Positions 36,891 to 49,397 are shown, counted from the first letter of the stretch. The stretch is DNA of 50,486 nt from Octopus bimaculoides (GCF_001194135.2 NC_068990.1:62326990-62377475), one strand, 5' to 3'. A program made the numbers and translations. The notes: generated from the letters alone by a model not told the origin.

Positions 36891-37209
36891 ACTCTTTACA
36901 CTTTAACTATTTAACTAGCTTCAGCTCAAGGGCTGCGCAGTGCTGGGGCATCGCCGTTAGCTTTTTCTGCATCTTTACTACTTGAAACAAATGTCCTCTA
37001 GAGGAATCTGTAGATTCAGGTTCGAATCAATATACCTAAATGAAAACCCACTTTTTTTCTTTCCAAGTAAAACATTTTCGTAACAACTCTCTCCCCCTTA
37101 GGGAAAAGAATCTTAGAAAGATAGTACATTAAACATCATAAACAAAACAGAAGCATCAAACACAATGCAGATGCATCTTACAACAACAAGCAAATAATAA
37201 CATGCAAAT

Positions 37210-38165
37210 AATAATAATAATAATAATATTAATGTTCTGAATTTTTATCAGTTCAGGAAGTGCATTAGCACAAACATTGTCTCTGCTCTTAAAAGTTAAT
37301 TCATCATCTTGTGTCCCATAACATTTTGGCAGCTGTAATATTTCCTTTCCATGCATTTAAATACTGAATAACAGATGTGACCAAAATGGTAACAGCTATG
37401 ACGATTCCAACATCAACTTTTGTTACCATAGTACAACGGTAATAGAAATGATCAGAGTAGTATTCCTCAGAATGATTCAGCATGTAATTGTAATCGTTTC
37501 TTTATTCATCATCTTTTAAAATCTCATAAGCACCTGTTATCTTCTGACACATCAACGTAGCTGTGGTATTCTCTTTTCCTTTCCGCATTGTTTCGTTTTT
37601 CACGGAATTCATCCGATACGGATGTTGTTTAACAGCATTACCTACATTTAAATCATAGCTAATGATGTTAGTTTGGCCAGACACATCCGGAAATAAATGA
37701 GAAATCACGAATTAGATCTGGTAATTGAGTTTTCTGCTCAATGGACAAATGCGACAATTTCTCATCAAGGTGAGATAATACATTAGAATTTCCTGATTTA
37801 AGTGAAACATTACCACTAAGGACATCCAACTTCACATCGCTAGCATCATCATCAACATGTTCAACCTTGTCCACAGTACACAACCTTTTTTGCTTAATGT
37901 CGCAACAAACCGAAATTTCGCTAACCTCCTCAAAAGAAATAGCCTTATCAGTTAACTTTTGCAGCTCAGCATCCTTACCCTGTGCATTAACAGGCTGCTC
38001 CCTAGAACGAATTGGTCACTACCTGACACACTATCAGACTTATTAACCTCTACTTTATAAAAAGAATGATCTATGAAGGTTTCCGACAAATCATAAAAGG
38101 GGTCATTCGGCTGAGTAGTCTTTGAACAAGTCATTGTACAAGAAGGAAAAATATCAAGAAAATCA
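37210..38165 (-). mobile_element. Internally deleted Gypsy LTR-retrotransposon pol remnant, Gmr1-like domain order
   Basis: In order on the minus strand: DIFPSCTMTCSK; SREQPVNAQGKDAELQKL; GNSNVLSHLDEKLSHLS; LFPDVSGQTNII..VKQHPYRMNSVKNETMRK; and a weak KSRDNVCANAL (resembling the RNase H end GxDNVxADALSR). Confidence 0.7.
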
Positions 38166-38399
38166 TCGTTTCTCTATTTGCTTCTTTCGTTGTTCGAAAA
38201 AAGATCATTTTCCATGGTTTTGCTTTTTCATGTTCTCGTTTTTCATGTTGTTCACGTTTTTCGACGTCCTGTAGCCATAAATGCATGTGTATATGCATAT
38301 ATATCTAGGTATGTATGTGTATGTATATATACACATATATAAATATATATTATTTATATTATTATATGATCGAACGCCACGCATCTACTTCCAAGTAAG

Positions 38400-38455
<56 letters not shown>

Positions 38456-39206
38456 TATATATATATATATATATATATGCTCCTTACCACTCGATGAGGT
38501 TAATCACAACTTGGATTATAACTGAGTGCTCGAACGGTACTCCCCTGGACACTTTATCCCTGTCTATTCATTTTATATATATGTGTGTGTGTGTGTATCT
38601 ATGTATAAGCACATATATGTAGATGTGTGTGTGTGTGTATACGTGTGTGTAGTACTCTACTCTATTTATCCTCATACTGTGATCACACTTCTAAAGCTAA
38701 GTGACAGAAGATAGAGTTTTGACAACGTTATCCCTTCATCTGGGCTTTCATGCTGACAAATAACTAACTTTAAACTAAAGCAATGTCAAAGATTTCGAAG
38801 CGTTGCGAAAATGTTAAGTCGAATGTTCAGTGCATAAACGACGCAGTTAATGCGACTTTAATTAGATTCGCTGGTGTCAGCACAAGTGTAATTCAGAAGA
38901 TAACGTTAGGGTGTAGCTAATTTGAGATATTCTATTACTATATTCATAAGTAATGTGTTTTACACATGGTGTTCCGTAAAGTACTTTGTCGCTGTGGCAG
39001 TCTTTAAGTTTACTGTTACATTATTAATTTCATTCCGATGGTTGTGTTGCTGGTCTTGTTGTTGTTGTTGTTGTTGGAGATAATAGATTTCTACATTTAA
39101 TCACACGCACGCACGCACACGCACACACACACACACACATACACACACACACACACACAATCACACACACAATCACACAGACAGACATATTTATACATAC
39201 ATATAT

Positions 39207-39277
<71 letters not shown>

Positions 39278-39427
39278 CACATACACACGCATATTGTTGA
39301 TGTTCTACGGGTAACCTTTGACTTTTACAATCGTAAGAGTTCTTGAACCCAATGTTTATAAGTTATTATCTATAGCTTTATCTGCTTCGAGTTTCACCGT
39401 TCCAAAAATGAATTATATATTATATGC

Positions 39428-39592
39428 ACCGCTGGGGGTGTATGGTAAAAAATCTTGCTTCCCTATTACACGGTTCCAGGTTCAGTTCCACTGCGTGGCA
39501 TCTTGACTAGCTTTACCCTCGGACCGACCAAAGCTTTCTAAGTGCACTTGGTAGAGGAAATCTAAAGAAAGCTCTTAATATATATGTGTGTG

Positions 39593-39625
<33 letters not shown>

Positions 39626-39870
39626 TGCGTGTGTGTGTGTGCGTGCGTGCGTGTGTGGTGTATGTACGCTTGTTTCCTGCCATCTCTTGACAACCGGTGT
39701 TGTTGGGTATACCGCCCCATAACTTAGCGGATCGGCAAAAAGCGTCCGATGGTACCAGGCTTGGAAAAAGAAAAGTACTGGGGTCGATTAGTTTGATTCA
39801 AATTTCTCAAGGCGGTGCCCCAGCATGGCCGTTGCGTAATGACTGTAACAAAAGATAAAAGATAAAGATA
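39428..39870 (+). mobile_element. SINE family A, full length with internal (GT)n
   Basis: gtgtatggtaaaaaatcttgcttccc..GGTTCCAGGTTCAGTTCC..aggcggtgccccagcatggcc..(AAAGAT)n tail. Confidence 0.85.
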
Positions 39871-40089
39871 TGCGTGTGTATGTGTGTGTGTGTGTGTGTG
39901 TGTATGTGTGTGTGTGTGTGTTTTGTGTGCGTGCGTGTTAGTGTGTGTGTGCGCACGCGCGTGTGCGTGCGTGTGGTGTGAAATATCAAGGGACGCCAGC
40001 TGTAAGAAGACTCAATAATCAAGTAGGCACTAACGTATTTGTTNNNNNNNNNNGACAAAAAAAAAGAAAAAAGAAAAATATATTTATAT

Positions 40090-42025
40090 ATGTGTTTTGT
40101 CATGCTATTTAAACTTTTTCAGCTGATTGAGGATAATTTTAGGGCGCTGAATCCGTATCTGACATCAGTTTTCAGACAGCACTTGTAGTTTTTCTTAGTT
40201 ATTCACAGCTTCAGATTTTCCAACCAATGGATAATATTCTTTTCTACTCTAGGCACAAAGCCCGGAATTTTGGGGGAGGGGGCCAGTTGATTAGATCGAC
40301 CCAGCACGCAACTGGTACTTAATTCATCGACCCCGAAAGGATGAATGGTAAACTCGACCTCGGTAGAATTAGCCAATGGATCACATTGACAAAGTAAGTA
40401 GGCTATTTGCTTTCGATTTTCATTCATATTCTGATCACTGAAACAAAAATTAGTGCTGATAGAGGGAAATGTAGGCTACCTGTTAAATTGCCACACACGA
40501 TGAGAATTTATTTTACTTCGTAACCTCTGCAATTATTGTAAAGTTCTTCTCACATTAGGCTATTGATATTAGATTATAGTAAGCCACTCAGACTCCTTTT
40601 TCTTGATAACTGCTTGGTAGTGCTTTTAAAACAAAGTACATCAAATAAGAGAGCCAGGTTATATGAAAAATAGTTTAGTAGTAAGTTTAGTTATTTATTA
40701 AAGTGATCAATGTTTGAAATTTTGAGATGGAAAATATTGTTTCGTGATAGCCATAGCTTCAGTACATTCTATATTAATTTCAAGGATTTTTTTGAGAAAT
40801 ATATTTTGATGTTTTATAGTAGCATTTACAGTTGATTAATTTTATATTTTAGTTTACTGGCAGGCTTCCTTGAGTGTTGATTTAGGTTATTACTGTATGT
40901 ATTTATGATGAGCAGAAAAGTTTGTATTAATCACTCGGACAGCTTTTGTTACCTGTGTGGAAAAATTACGCCAAAAGATCAGAGAAATATGCTTACAAAG
41001 AACTTTTAAAATGCTTACAAGCTTTACTTTGGGTGCAAAGTTGAGGACCAAGATAAGCTGTGGGTGCTTCATGTTTGTTGCAGAAACTGCTACATAGCAT
41101 TAACCCAATGGCTGAGTGGTAAACGGAAAAGTGTACCATTTGCAGTACCAATGATATGGCACGAACCAACAGACCACTATACAGATTGTTATTTTTGATT
41201 AACTTACATCATAGGTATCTCTAAGAAGAACAAATCCAAGATTACTTATCCAGATTGCCCTTAAGCTTTAAAACCAGTTGCTCATGCTGCTGAAAATATT
41301 CCAATTCCAGAACCTCCTCCATCTTTTGACAAAGATAGTTTAAGTGAAGAAAGTACTGCATCTACTTCAATTGAAGGCATTCCAAGTGATACAGCAGATC
41401 ACTGGGATGAACCAGGATCTTCAAAAAAAAAAGTTTCTCATTTATTAAGTCAACTTGGGTTAAATGATTTAGTTAGAGACTTGGGTTTAACAAAAGAAAA
41501 GTCAGAACTACTGGGCTCCAGGCTGAAACAATGGAGTCTTTTATACGATGGAGTAAAATGTTCGTATTTTCGAAACCGGCATGCAGAATTGCATGAATTT
41601 TTACGGAGAAAGACAGTATTTGTTTTTGTTGTGATGCTGGAGGACTCCTAGGTGAGATGGGGTACGGCCATAATCCTGAAGAATGGAGACTGTTCATAGA
41701 TTCCAGCAAAGCAAGCCTAAAAGCTGCTTTACTGCATAATGGCAATCAAAGACCTTCAATACCACTAGCACATATTCTGTAGGATTAAAGAAACTTATGA
41801 ATCAATGGATAACATTTTGCATTTGGTTAAATATTCTGAGCACAAGTGGAATATATGCCGGGACTTGAAAGTCATTGGTTTGCTTCTTGGGTTGCAAATG
41901 GGGTATACAGAGCATCGGGGCTTTTTGTGTCTTTGGAATAGCAAAGATGACAAGCGTCACTATGATAAAAAAAGAGTGGCCAAAGAGAAGTGATTTCATT
42001 CCAGGGAGATACAACTTTAAGTATA
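40090..42025 (+). mobile_element. Decayed DNA transposon, Chapaev3-like (CMC superfamily); transposase from 40905, 3'-truncated
   Basis: MMSRKVCINHSDSFCYLCG..YFGCKVEDQDKLWVLHVCCRNC..PFAVPMIWHEPTDHYTDCYF..LNDLVRDLGLTKEKSELLGSRLKQ..EEWRLFIDSSKASLKAALLHNGN..CRDLKVIGLLLGLQMGYT..FLCLWNS. It has several stops and frameshifts. The superfamily name is from recall, and the left end (about 40090-40210) is tentative. Confidence 0.75.
40228..40375 (-). mobile_element. SINE family B inserted in the presumed 5' region of the Chapaev3-like element
   Basis: ctttctactctaggcacaaag..caactggtacttaattcatcgaccccgaaaggatgaa. Confidence 0.85.
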
Positions 42026-42559
42026 TTTTCCAGTTGCAGTTTCCATGCTTTGCTAATGAGGTGTATTACGACCGGAACACATCTTGAGTTATTCTGATAG
42101 CGCTAAAGAGATTTCTCTCACTTACCATTGTATTTAATATTTAATTAATTCTATTCAATTTAAATTTTGGCGTTCCTGAACAATTCACACAAGTGTGCGT
42201 GCGTGTGTATACATACATACATACATACATACATACATGCAAATCCTTCATTCATATGCTACAACTGATCTCGATGTCTGGGAGTATAAACATCTGCAAG
42301 GTTTCCTTGGGATTTAAAAGATGATGGTTAAACCAAGATACTTTCCTTCAGAACCTTGCTACGAAGTAGGTAGAAGGTCAAAATTTAGTCTAAAATAAAA
42401 AAAGAGAAAGAGAACATACATATATATACATACATACATACATACATACATACATACATACNNNNNNNNNNAAAAAAAAAAAAACATTACTCTACCTTCG
42501 ATATTTGAATACTATTTTTTCCACTTTGTTTTGCATCTATGTTCTTACTCATACTCATG

Positions 42560-42965
42560 TATGAGTGTCTGTGTGGTAAGTAGCTTGCTTACGAACCACA
42601 TGGTTCCGGGTTCAGTCCCACTGCATTGCACCTTCGGCAAGTGTTTTCTACTATAGCCTCGGACTGACCAAAGCCTTGTGAGTGGATTTGGTAGACAGAA
42701 ACTGAAGGAAACTCGTCGCATATTTGTATATATATGTATATGTGTGTGTATATGTTTGTGTGTCTGAGTTTGTCCCTCTAGCATTGCTTGACCAATGCAG
42801 GTGTGTTTACGTCTCCGTAACTTAGCAATTCGACAAAAGAGACTGATGGAATAAGTACTAGGCTTACAAAGAATAAGTCCTGGGGTCAATTTGCNNNNNN
42901 NNNNGCATTGCTCCAGCATGGCCGCAGTCAAATGACCGAAACAAGTAAAAGAATAAAAGAATATA
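42560..42965 (+). mobile_element. SINE family A, full length
   Basis: tgtgtggtaagtagcttgct..GGTTCCGGGTTCAGTCCC..caccttcggcaagtg..ccgaaacaagtaaaagaataaaaga. Confidence 0.9.
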
Positions 42966-43444
42966 TACACACACATATACACGCAGAAGGTTTCTGTAGA
43001 GTTTCCGTCCGCCAAATTCTAGTCATAAGACATCATTGCCTATAACAAGTCTACGCTACATTAATAGCATCGAACTCGTGTCGACGTGGTCGCGATGCCA
43101 ACTACCACTGACAGTAGTACGGTGGTAAAAGACGAACTGACCAAATATTACATGGCAGAACGGCAAAGAGATGGAAGCAGTAACCGTTCTAAAATACTGT
43201 AACGACTACAGAATAGTGAGACACTCTTCCATGTCTAGCATCTCGCCAGACGCTGAAACTACGATAAATTATAGAAGACATTCTCTATCAGCTGCCAGTT
43301 ACAGTTTAATTACAAAAGTTCAATTATTGATGGCTGGGCCATAGTACTTCAAACACAGCCTAATGCTGCTGCAGTCGCCGCCGCCGCTGCCTGCCGCTGT
43401 CGCCGCTTCTCCCGCTACCGCCATCGCCGTCGCTACGTGGTTGC

Positions 43445-43660
43445 TCGACCTAGTCACAAGAAACAGCAGCAGTCGAGTAATCTCTCATCATATCACACTC
43501 TGCAGTCTTAAAAATAGGACATATTGGATAATGGAGTCTGGGGATATAATAGACCTGAAAATAAATAAATAAATAAATAGATAAATAAATAAGGGTTGTC
43601 GCAGCTGGAAAGGCCTTGGGTCATGGGCCTGCTCGATCAAGGTCGAATGGGGCTAAATAA
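43445..43660 (+). mobile_element. Family D short retroposon (see 9470)
   Basis: aaaataggacatattggataat..cctgctcgatcaagg..ggggctaaataac. Confidence 0.5.
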
Positions 43661-43872
43661 CTTCTTCTTATTCTTCTTCTTCTTCTTCTTCTTCTTCTTC
43701 TTCTTCTTCTTCTTCTGTCTCTTTCTCTTCCTCTTTCGCCGCCGCGGCCGCCACCCACTACTACTACTACTACTACTACTACAGCTGCTGCTGCTGCTGC
43801 TGCTGCTGCTACCGCCGCCGCCGTCGCTACCGCTGCTACTGCTGCTATTGTTGTTGTTGTTGCTGCTGCTGT
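43660..43872. repeat. Compound trinucleotide array (TTC)n..(CCG)..(CTA)n(CTG)n(CCG)n..(TTG)n
   Basis: Directly visible. Confidence 0.95.
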
Positions 43873-44501
43873 TCCTGTCAATGTAATGAGATATTTCTTC
43901 GTCATATTATAAACTACATCCAATGCTATTTTACATTACAATTTCACTATTTGCTACTGGTATCAGAGAACAAACTAATAAAGCAACATCGGCATTTTCT
44001 TTCACGCTACATGGAGCAGCATCACCATCAGCAGCAGCAGCAGTGAAAGTGAAGTCTTTATTATTTATATCGAAATTTCTAGTAGAACTAGCATATTTGG
44101 TTTCGCTACACTTCGTCTAATGGCACTAGAACGAACGCCAATATAAATATATCCCCATAACAATATATAGACTAATATATTAGAAAGTTGAAATGCAATT
44201 TCATTTGAGACGGTTTTATTAATTTTTTTTTTTTGAACGTCATTGTGTCACCTGTATTTATTTAGTCGCTGCTGGGCAAGTGCAACGATTCGTATTTCGT
44301 TACGGCCCTTGCTGTCTCTTCCATTGCAAAGACACTCAGGTCTCACTGGCACAGATCTCCGAACTAGTCAAGATGGTTGTCAAAATAGACTAACAAAATA
44401 GGCTAACAAGAGAGACGTGTCATCGCTCCACCTACTAGAAATGGCTACTAAATTTTCCTCAAAGCACAAACTTCCGTCTTGAAAGAAGATTAAATTAGAT
44501 A

Positions 44502-44718
44502 GGTTTCAAATTTTGGCTTAAGTTCAGCAATTTCGAGGAAACGGGTAAGTCGATTACATCGGCCCCAGTGCTCAACTGATATTTGTTTTATCGATCTCAG
44601 AAAATGACGAAAGGCAAATTCGACCTCGGCAGAATTTGAACTCAGAACGTGATAACAAATGAAATGCCGATAAGCATTTTACTTGGCATTCCATCGACCC
44701 TACCAGCTCGCCGCCATT
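44502..44718 (-). mobile_element. SINE family B
   Basis: ggtttcaaattttgg..gtcgattacatc..aaggcaaattcgacctcggcagaatttgaactcagaacg..gctcgccgcc. Confidence 0.85.
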
Positions 44719-44767
44719 AAAAGGATAAGTTAAGATATTGTCATTCTGGATGCAATGCTGTCGATTA

Positions 44768-45157
44768 GTTGTTGTTGTTGGCACTCCGTCGGTTACGACG
44801 TCGAGGGTTCCAGTTGATCTGTTCAACGGAATAGCCTGCTCGTGAGATTAATGTGCATGTGGCTGAGCACTCCACAGACACGTGTACCCTTAACGTAGTT
44901 CTCGGGGATATTCAGCGTGACACAGTGTGACAAGGCTGACCCTTTGAATTACAGGCACAACAGAAACAGGAAGTAAGAGTGAGAGAAAGTTGTGGTGAAA
45001 GAGTACAGCAGGGTTCGCCACCATTCCCTGCCAGAGCTTCGTGGAGCTTTAGGCGTTTTCGCTCAATAAACACTCACAACGCCCGGTCTGGGAATCGAAA
45101 CTGCGATCCTATGACCACGAGTACGCTGCCCTAACCACTGGGCCATTGCGCCTCCAC
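44768..45157 (-). mobile_element. SINE family C (Ceph-SINE-like), full length, tRNA-derived head, (CAA)n tail
   Basis: The minus strand starts gtggaggcgcaa-TGGCCCAGTGG (A box)..GGTTTCGATTCC (B box) and ends gacggagtgccaacaacaac. Confidence 0.9.
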
Positions 45158-45709
45158 TGTCGATCAGAGCATCGGATGAAATGCTTTATAATATTTGTCC
45201 CGGCTCTCCACGATCTGGGTTCAAATTCCACGTGAGTCAACTTTGCTTTATATTCTTTTGGAAACAACAACAGGCAAAACTGTATCTTCCTCTAGTTGTC
45301 GTGTCTTGAATAATGTTCCACAAGATCACGTGAGCTAAGGCCCAGAAGATACCCAAGTTTGCTTGAGGTTACACGAACTCCTGAAGGAATTGGCAAAAGT
45401 CTGGCACATACCCCTAAAAGTATCCTCGATTTCGAGTGACGGCTGTAGTTTTCTCTGTGTCTTACATGCTCGCTGCCTGAGACACAATGTTGAGATGGCA
45501 ATGACTAGAACGTCTTTGATTACGGAACTGTCCAATTAAGGTTTATAGAAGACAAACCAACAACATGAAGCTTCCATTATATCAGTGTTCCATTATCATT
45601 TTAGCTTCGCAGCACATAGAAAATCAATTAAACTGTTTAAAGTTTAAAACATAGATTAACATTTAAAACTATCGCTTACCTTGTTTTATTATTCATACTT
45701 GTAACTAAT

Positions 45710-46012
45710 GTGGCGAACTAGCGCAAAATGCTTAGCGGCATTTCGTCCGTCTTTACGACAAAATGTTTAGCGGCATTTCGTCCGTCTTTACGAGAAAATG
45801 CTTAGCGGCATTTCGTCTGTCTTTACGACAAAATGCTTAGCGGCATCTTGCCAGTCTTTATGTTCTGAGTTCAAATTCCTTCGAGGTTGACCTTGCTTTT
45901 CATCCTTTCAGGGTCGATGATATAAGTACAATTTAAGCACTGGGGTCGATGTAATCACCTAAAGACCCCTATCACCAAAACTTCAGTCCTTGTGTCTATA
46001 GAAGGAAGGATT
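45710..46012 (+). mobile_element. SINE family B containing a 35-bp tandem amplification (45725-45862)
   Basis: The unit aaaatgcttagcggcatttcgtccgtctttacgac starts at 45725, 45760, 45795 and 45830. Confidence 0.9.
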
Positions 46013-46129
46013 ATTCATATTTGTGCCAAACAAAATTATGAATGCTGTGTTTTTCAAGATACTCGTGCATTAGCAATGGCTGTTCGAAAGTCTTTACTTA
46101 CATAATTTTAAAACCACCGTTTGAGGATC

Positions 46130-46300
46130 ACCTCTTGTTGAAAAGAAATTATGTTGTACTGACTTTATATTTTCTCGAGCCTGAATTATATAGGGGGAAA
46201 ACGGCACGTGGCCCCAGCCTTGAATGAATTCTGAATCTAATAGTAAGGTCATTTGGGCAATGATGGTGGCATAGTCTTGTGTAAATGATGTAGCGCTCAT
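46130..46300 (-). mobile_element. Possible highly decayed mariner catalytic fragment
   Basis: QDYATIIAQMT..GWGHVPFSPY loosely resembles QDNARPH..LGWEVLPHPPYSP. Confidence 0.3.
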
Positions 46301-47845
46301 GGCGGCGTTGAAGTGAATAAAAGTTTCTATGTTTTAAGGTGATTCCAATAATTAAGATCAGTCCTACCTTTTAGTTTTATTGATTGTCATAAAGTGGAGA
46401 TATTTTGACCAAGAGTAGTGTAATTTTTAATATTCTTTTTCTCGAGAAGAAAACAAAAAATTAGATTAAATCATGAATAGATTTGAACTCTCATCCCCAT
46501 GTTAGCATAATTATATTACATTACCCTTCTCTATAACAATACTCTCGCTTCACACCACTGTGTACAGTTAGTAGTTTCTCTCACCGTCGATTAACCGACT
46601 GTAATATTTTTCTCCAAGGATTTTGTTACTTCCCTGCGCCAAAGAAAAAAAAAAATGATAGCTTTTTGATTGCTTGTTTACCCTTCCAAAACTGACCTTT
46701 AAACCCTGAAGCTCTTGAAAGGATATTTTAGTAATGGATTTCTTTTATAAGACAATTTTAATATCAGTTTCGTCGATTTTATATTAATTACTTTAATCTC
46801 GTTAAATACTAAATTAGAATATCTTTTATGTTTTTTTTTCCCATCCTTTCAATAAACTCTTTACTTTATTTTTGTAAACAATAGGTTGTCATCACTATTC
46901 CCACCCTTTACCTACTCGCAATATCAAACCTCATTTTCTTCTCTTTCCCATAAAACTGCTACCAACACAGACATTCATCAAATATTATTTAGATCATATT
47001 TTCTCCATGACTGCTTCCATTGTAACTATCTGAATAAAGCAGATATTACCCCCCTATAATTAGTGCTACGAGAAAACACTGATTGTCGAGTCGATGGAGT
47101 AGCAGATTACTAACCTAAAGGTATGCATTTCGTATACTGTCAAAGGCAGTGAAATATAACTCTGATATGTCCTTTTCCATCCTCGCTCAAAAGAGACACT
47201 GACGACATCGTGAAATTTCTTTTGTAGCGGTATTGTGACAGTTACTCTTGCGTCTGAAAGCAACGTATGATGTGAGATTTATTTTCAGATGCATGTATAA
47301 AATGAAGTCAGATCCTGAACCAACACTCATGAAAGTATTTCAGAAAACTTCTTTCCAAACCAATGGAATAAATTCTAGTGGAACCTAAAGATTTGTGTAA
47401 ACTGTAATTCCTTTTTACAATTCAATTATATATCTAATTAATTTTGTAACAGTTTAAGTGGAATCTGTTGAAATCAATAAAGGACTGAACAACTGTACAT
47501 TGTGTCTTGTTATGGAAAATGTTCTGTATTCATGACCAAGGAAACCGAGAGAAATTTGACAAGACGAAACAAAAGTACTTTCAAGTCCCTTTCCGGTCAA
47601 ATCTCAAGTAGGCGGTGGAGATTTATTTTAGGTGGTGGTAGGGAGCTCCAGTAAATTGATCTGTTCTTGGCTCTCTATGTCCTAGATCGATATTCAAGAT
47701 ACTTATGTTTCAATGAGTTAGCCACTTCGTTATATGATAGTTTAGATATTACTGCGATCATCGCAAGAACTGTAAATCTGGCGAGCGTTCCGTGAGATTC
47801 ATTCTAGTCGTTACATGATCAGCAGAAGAACTGGTACGCATCGAT

Positions 47846-47846
47846 C

Positions 47847-47897
<51 letters not shown>

Positions 47898-47899
47898 CA

Positions 47900-47949
<50 letters not shown>
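47846..47949. repeat. (TATC)n microsatellite
   Basis: Directly visible. Confidence 0.95.
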
Positions 47950-47989
47950 GCGAGTTAGCTACGTATAAATATATATATATGTATATATA

Positions 47990-48710
47990 TACGTAGTCAA
48001 TAAAGATCTGGACTGTTGCCATACTAACGAAGCTAAAGCACGTTGAGTAAAGCCGCTTGACACAGATTGACCTTGAACTCTGCTGTACATCTGCCCTAAT
48101 TTTTAACGTTCTAACTCACTTACGTTGTTTACAGCAGTGCTTGGAAGGAAAGTGTGTAGTGTGTGATCGTCGCATTGACCATGACAGAGAAAGTTGAATA
48201 GAGAATCTGCACCAGATTTGCCAAAAGCTTGGTGATACCTACTCAGAGGCCTAAGCAAATATTTCGTAAAACTTTCATCGTTTTTGACACAATCAAAGAG
48301 ATCTTGTGCAACTGAAACCCAAGTGGCTTTTTGGTCAGCTGAAAACAGTTTTAGCATAAACTAGGCAGACACGCGTCTCATACCCAAATCTTCAGTGATA
48401 ATGGACTGAACTGAACCGTAACTAATCTGCACATTCTCTGATAATTCACAGATTGTGATTCGATGATTTTCCCTTATATCTGCACGCACATCTGCAATGT
48501 TTTTCGTAGTTCTGATGGTTTGCAGGTCTCCTAGAACGTTCGTCACTGTCGCCATGTTTTGGCCATCTTGGAAACGTTTGAAGCACTGGTATACTTCTGT
48601 GCGGCTCATACACTCCTCTCCATACACTTTCTGCAACCTTGCGTAGGCTTCTGAACAGGTATCGCCATGACAACCTTCTCTGCTGTGGAAAATTCGACGA
48701 TCACACGTCT
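47990..48710 (-). mobile_element. Second mariner foldback derivative, same structure as 17941-18729 but in the opposite orientation
   Basis: Minus strand: QKVYGEECMSRTEVYQCFKRFQDG..ISYGSVQSIITEDLGMRRVSA*FMLKLFSADQK..KNDESFTK. The inverted 5' arm at about 47990-48260 ends in TA|cgtagtcaataaagatctggac. Confidence 0.85.
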
Positions 48711-49397
48711 TTGGTCAAAGTAATCGCAACGAATCTCATGGAACCCATCCTCTTTCTCTTTACTTCTCAACCATCAACGTTCTGCAAGTAGAATCTCCGA
48801 GGTCGATAAAATAAGTACCAATAATCGACTTATTCCCCCTGCCACGCGAAGGTGCTGACCTTGTGCCAAAATTTGAAATCAATATTAGAACAGCGTCTCT
48901 CCATTTTCCCTTACACACACCACACACACACAATATCTATATATACACATATTAAAAACAATTTAACTATGACCAATTGAACACGATATAAATGAAATCT
49001 AAATTCGCGTGCATACACACACACACATGCAACATACACCTCACACACAAACAAACAAACCCTAAAGAATCTATGATACAAAAACACGATCTCACTGAAA
49101 TACACACAAATGTTTCTAATCCACGAAACATTATTCACAGTTGATATATCCTTAATCAGTTTTACAGTAAAAATCTCACTCAAACAGCTTTGAAATTTTC
49201 TTAATATTCACTAAAACAACAGTACTTATAAACGTGTTAACGTAATCGTATACCAAAAGAATCACAAAAAAAAAAAGTGCCAGAAAAAAAAATACCAAAA
49301 AAGAAACCCTTTTAATTGGATTAAGAGATAAATCTAGAAAAGGCAAATTGGAAACACGCTTTCTTCATAAAAAACTAGCAAATGAAAGGGTAGAATG

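Noticed and set aside
43340-43510. Arg-rich protamine-like peptide CRCRRFSRYRHRRRY
   Set aside because: It has no start codon or splice evidence, derives from (CCG)-type repeats and overlaps a family D repeat.
45085-45157. tRNA genes (A/B boxes also at about 2980-3050 and 50010-50075)
   Set aside because: The boxes run into SINE bodies and tails, and I see no complete cloverleaf or pol III terminator.
45290-45535. Minus-strand ORFs as gene fragments
   Set aside because: There are only vague RTE-X-like hints and nothing diagnostic.
45725-45862. CRISPR-like 35-bp repeats
   Set aside because: There are no spacers, the unit is part of a SINE, no cas genes are present, and the context is eukaryotic.
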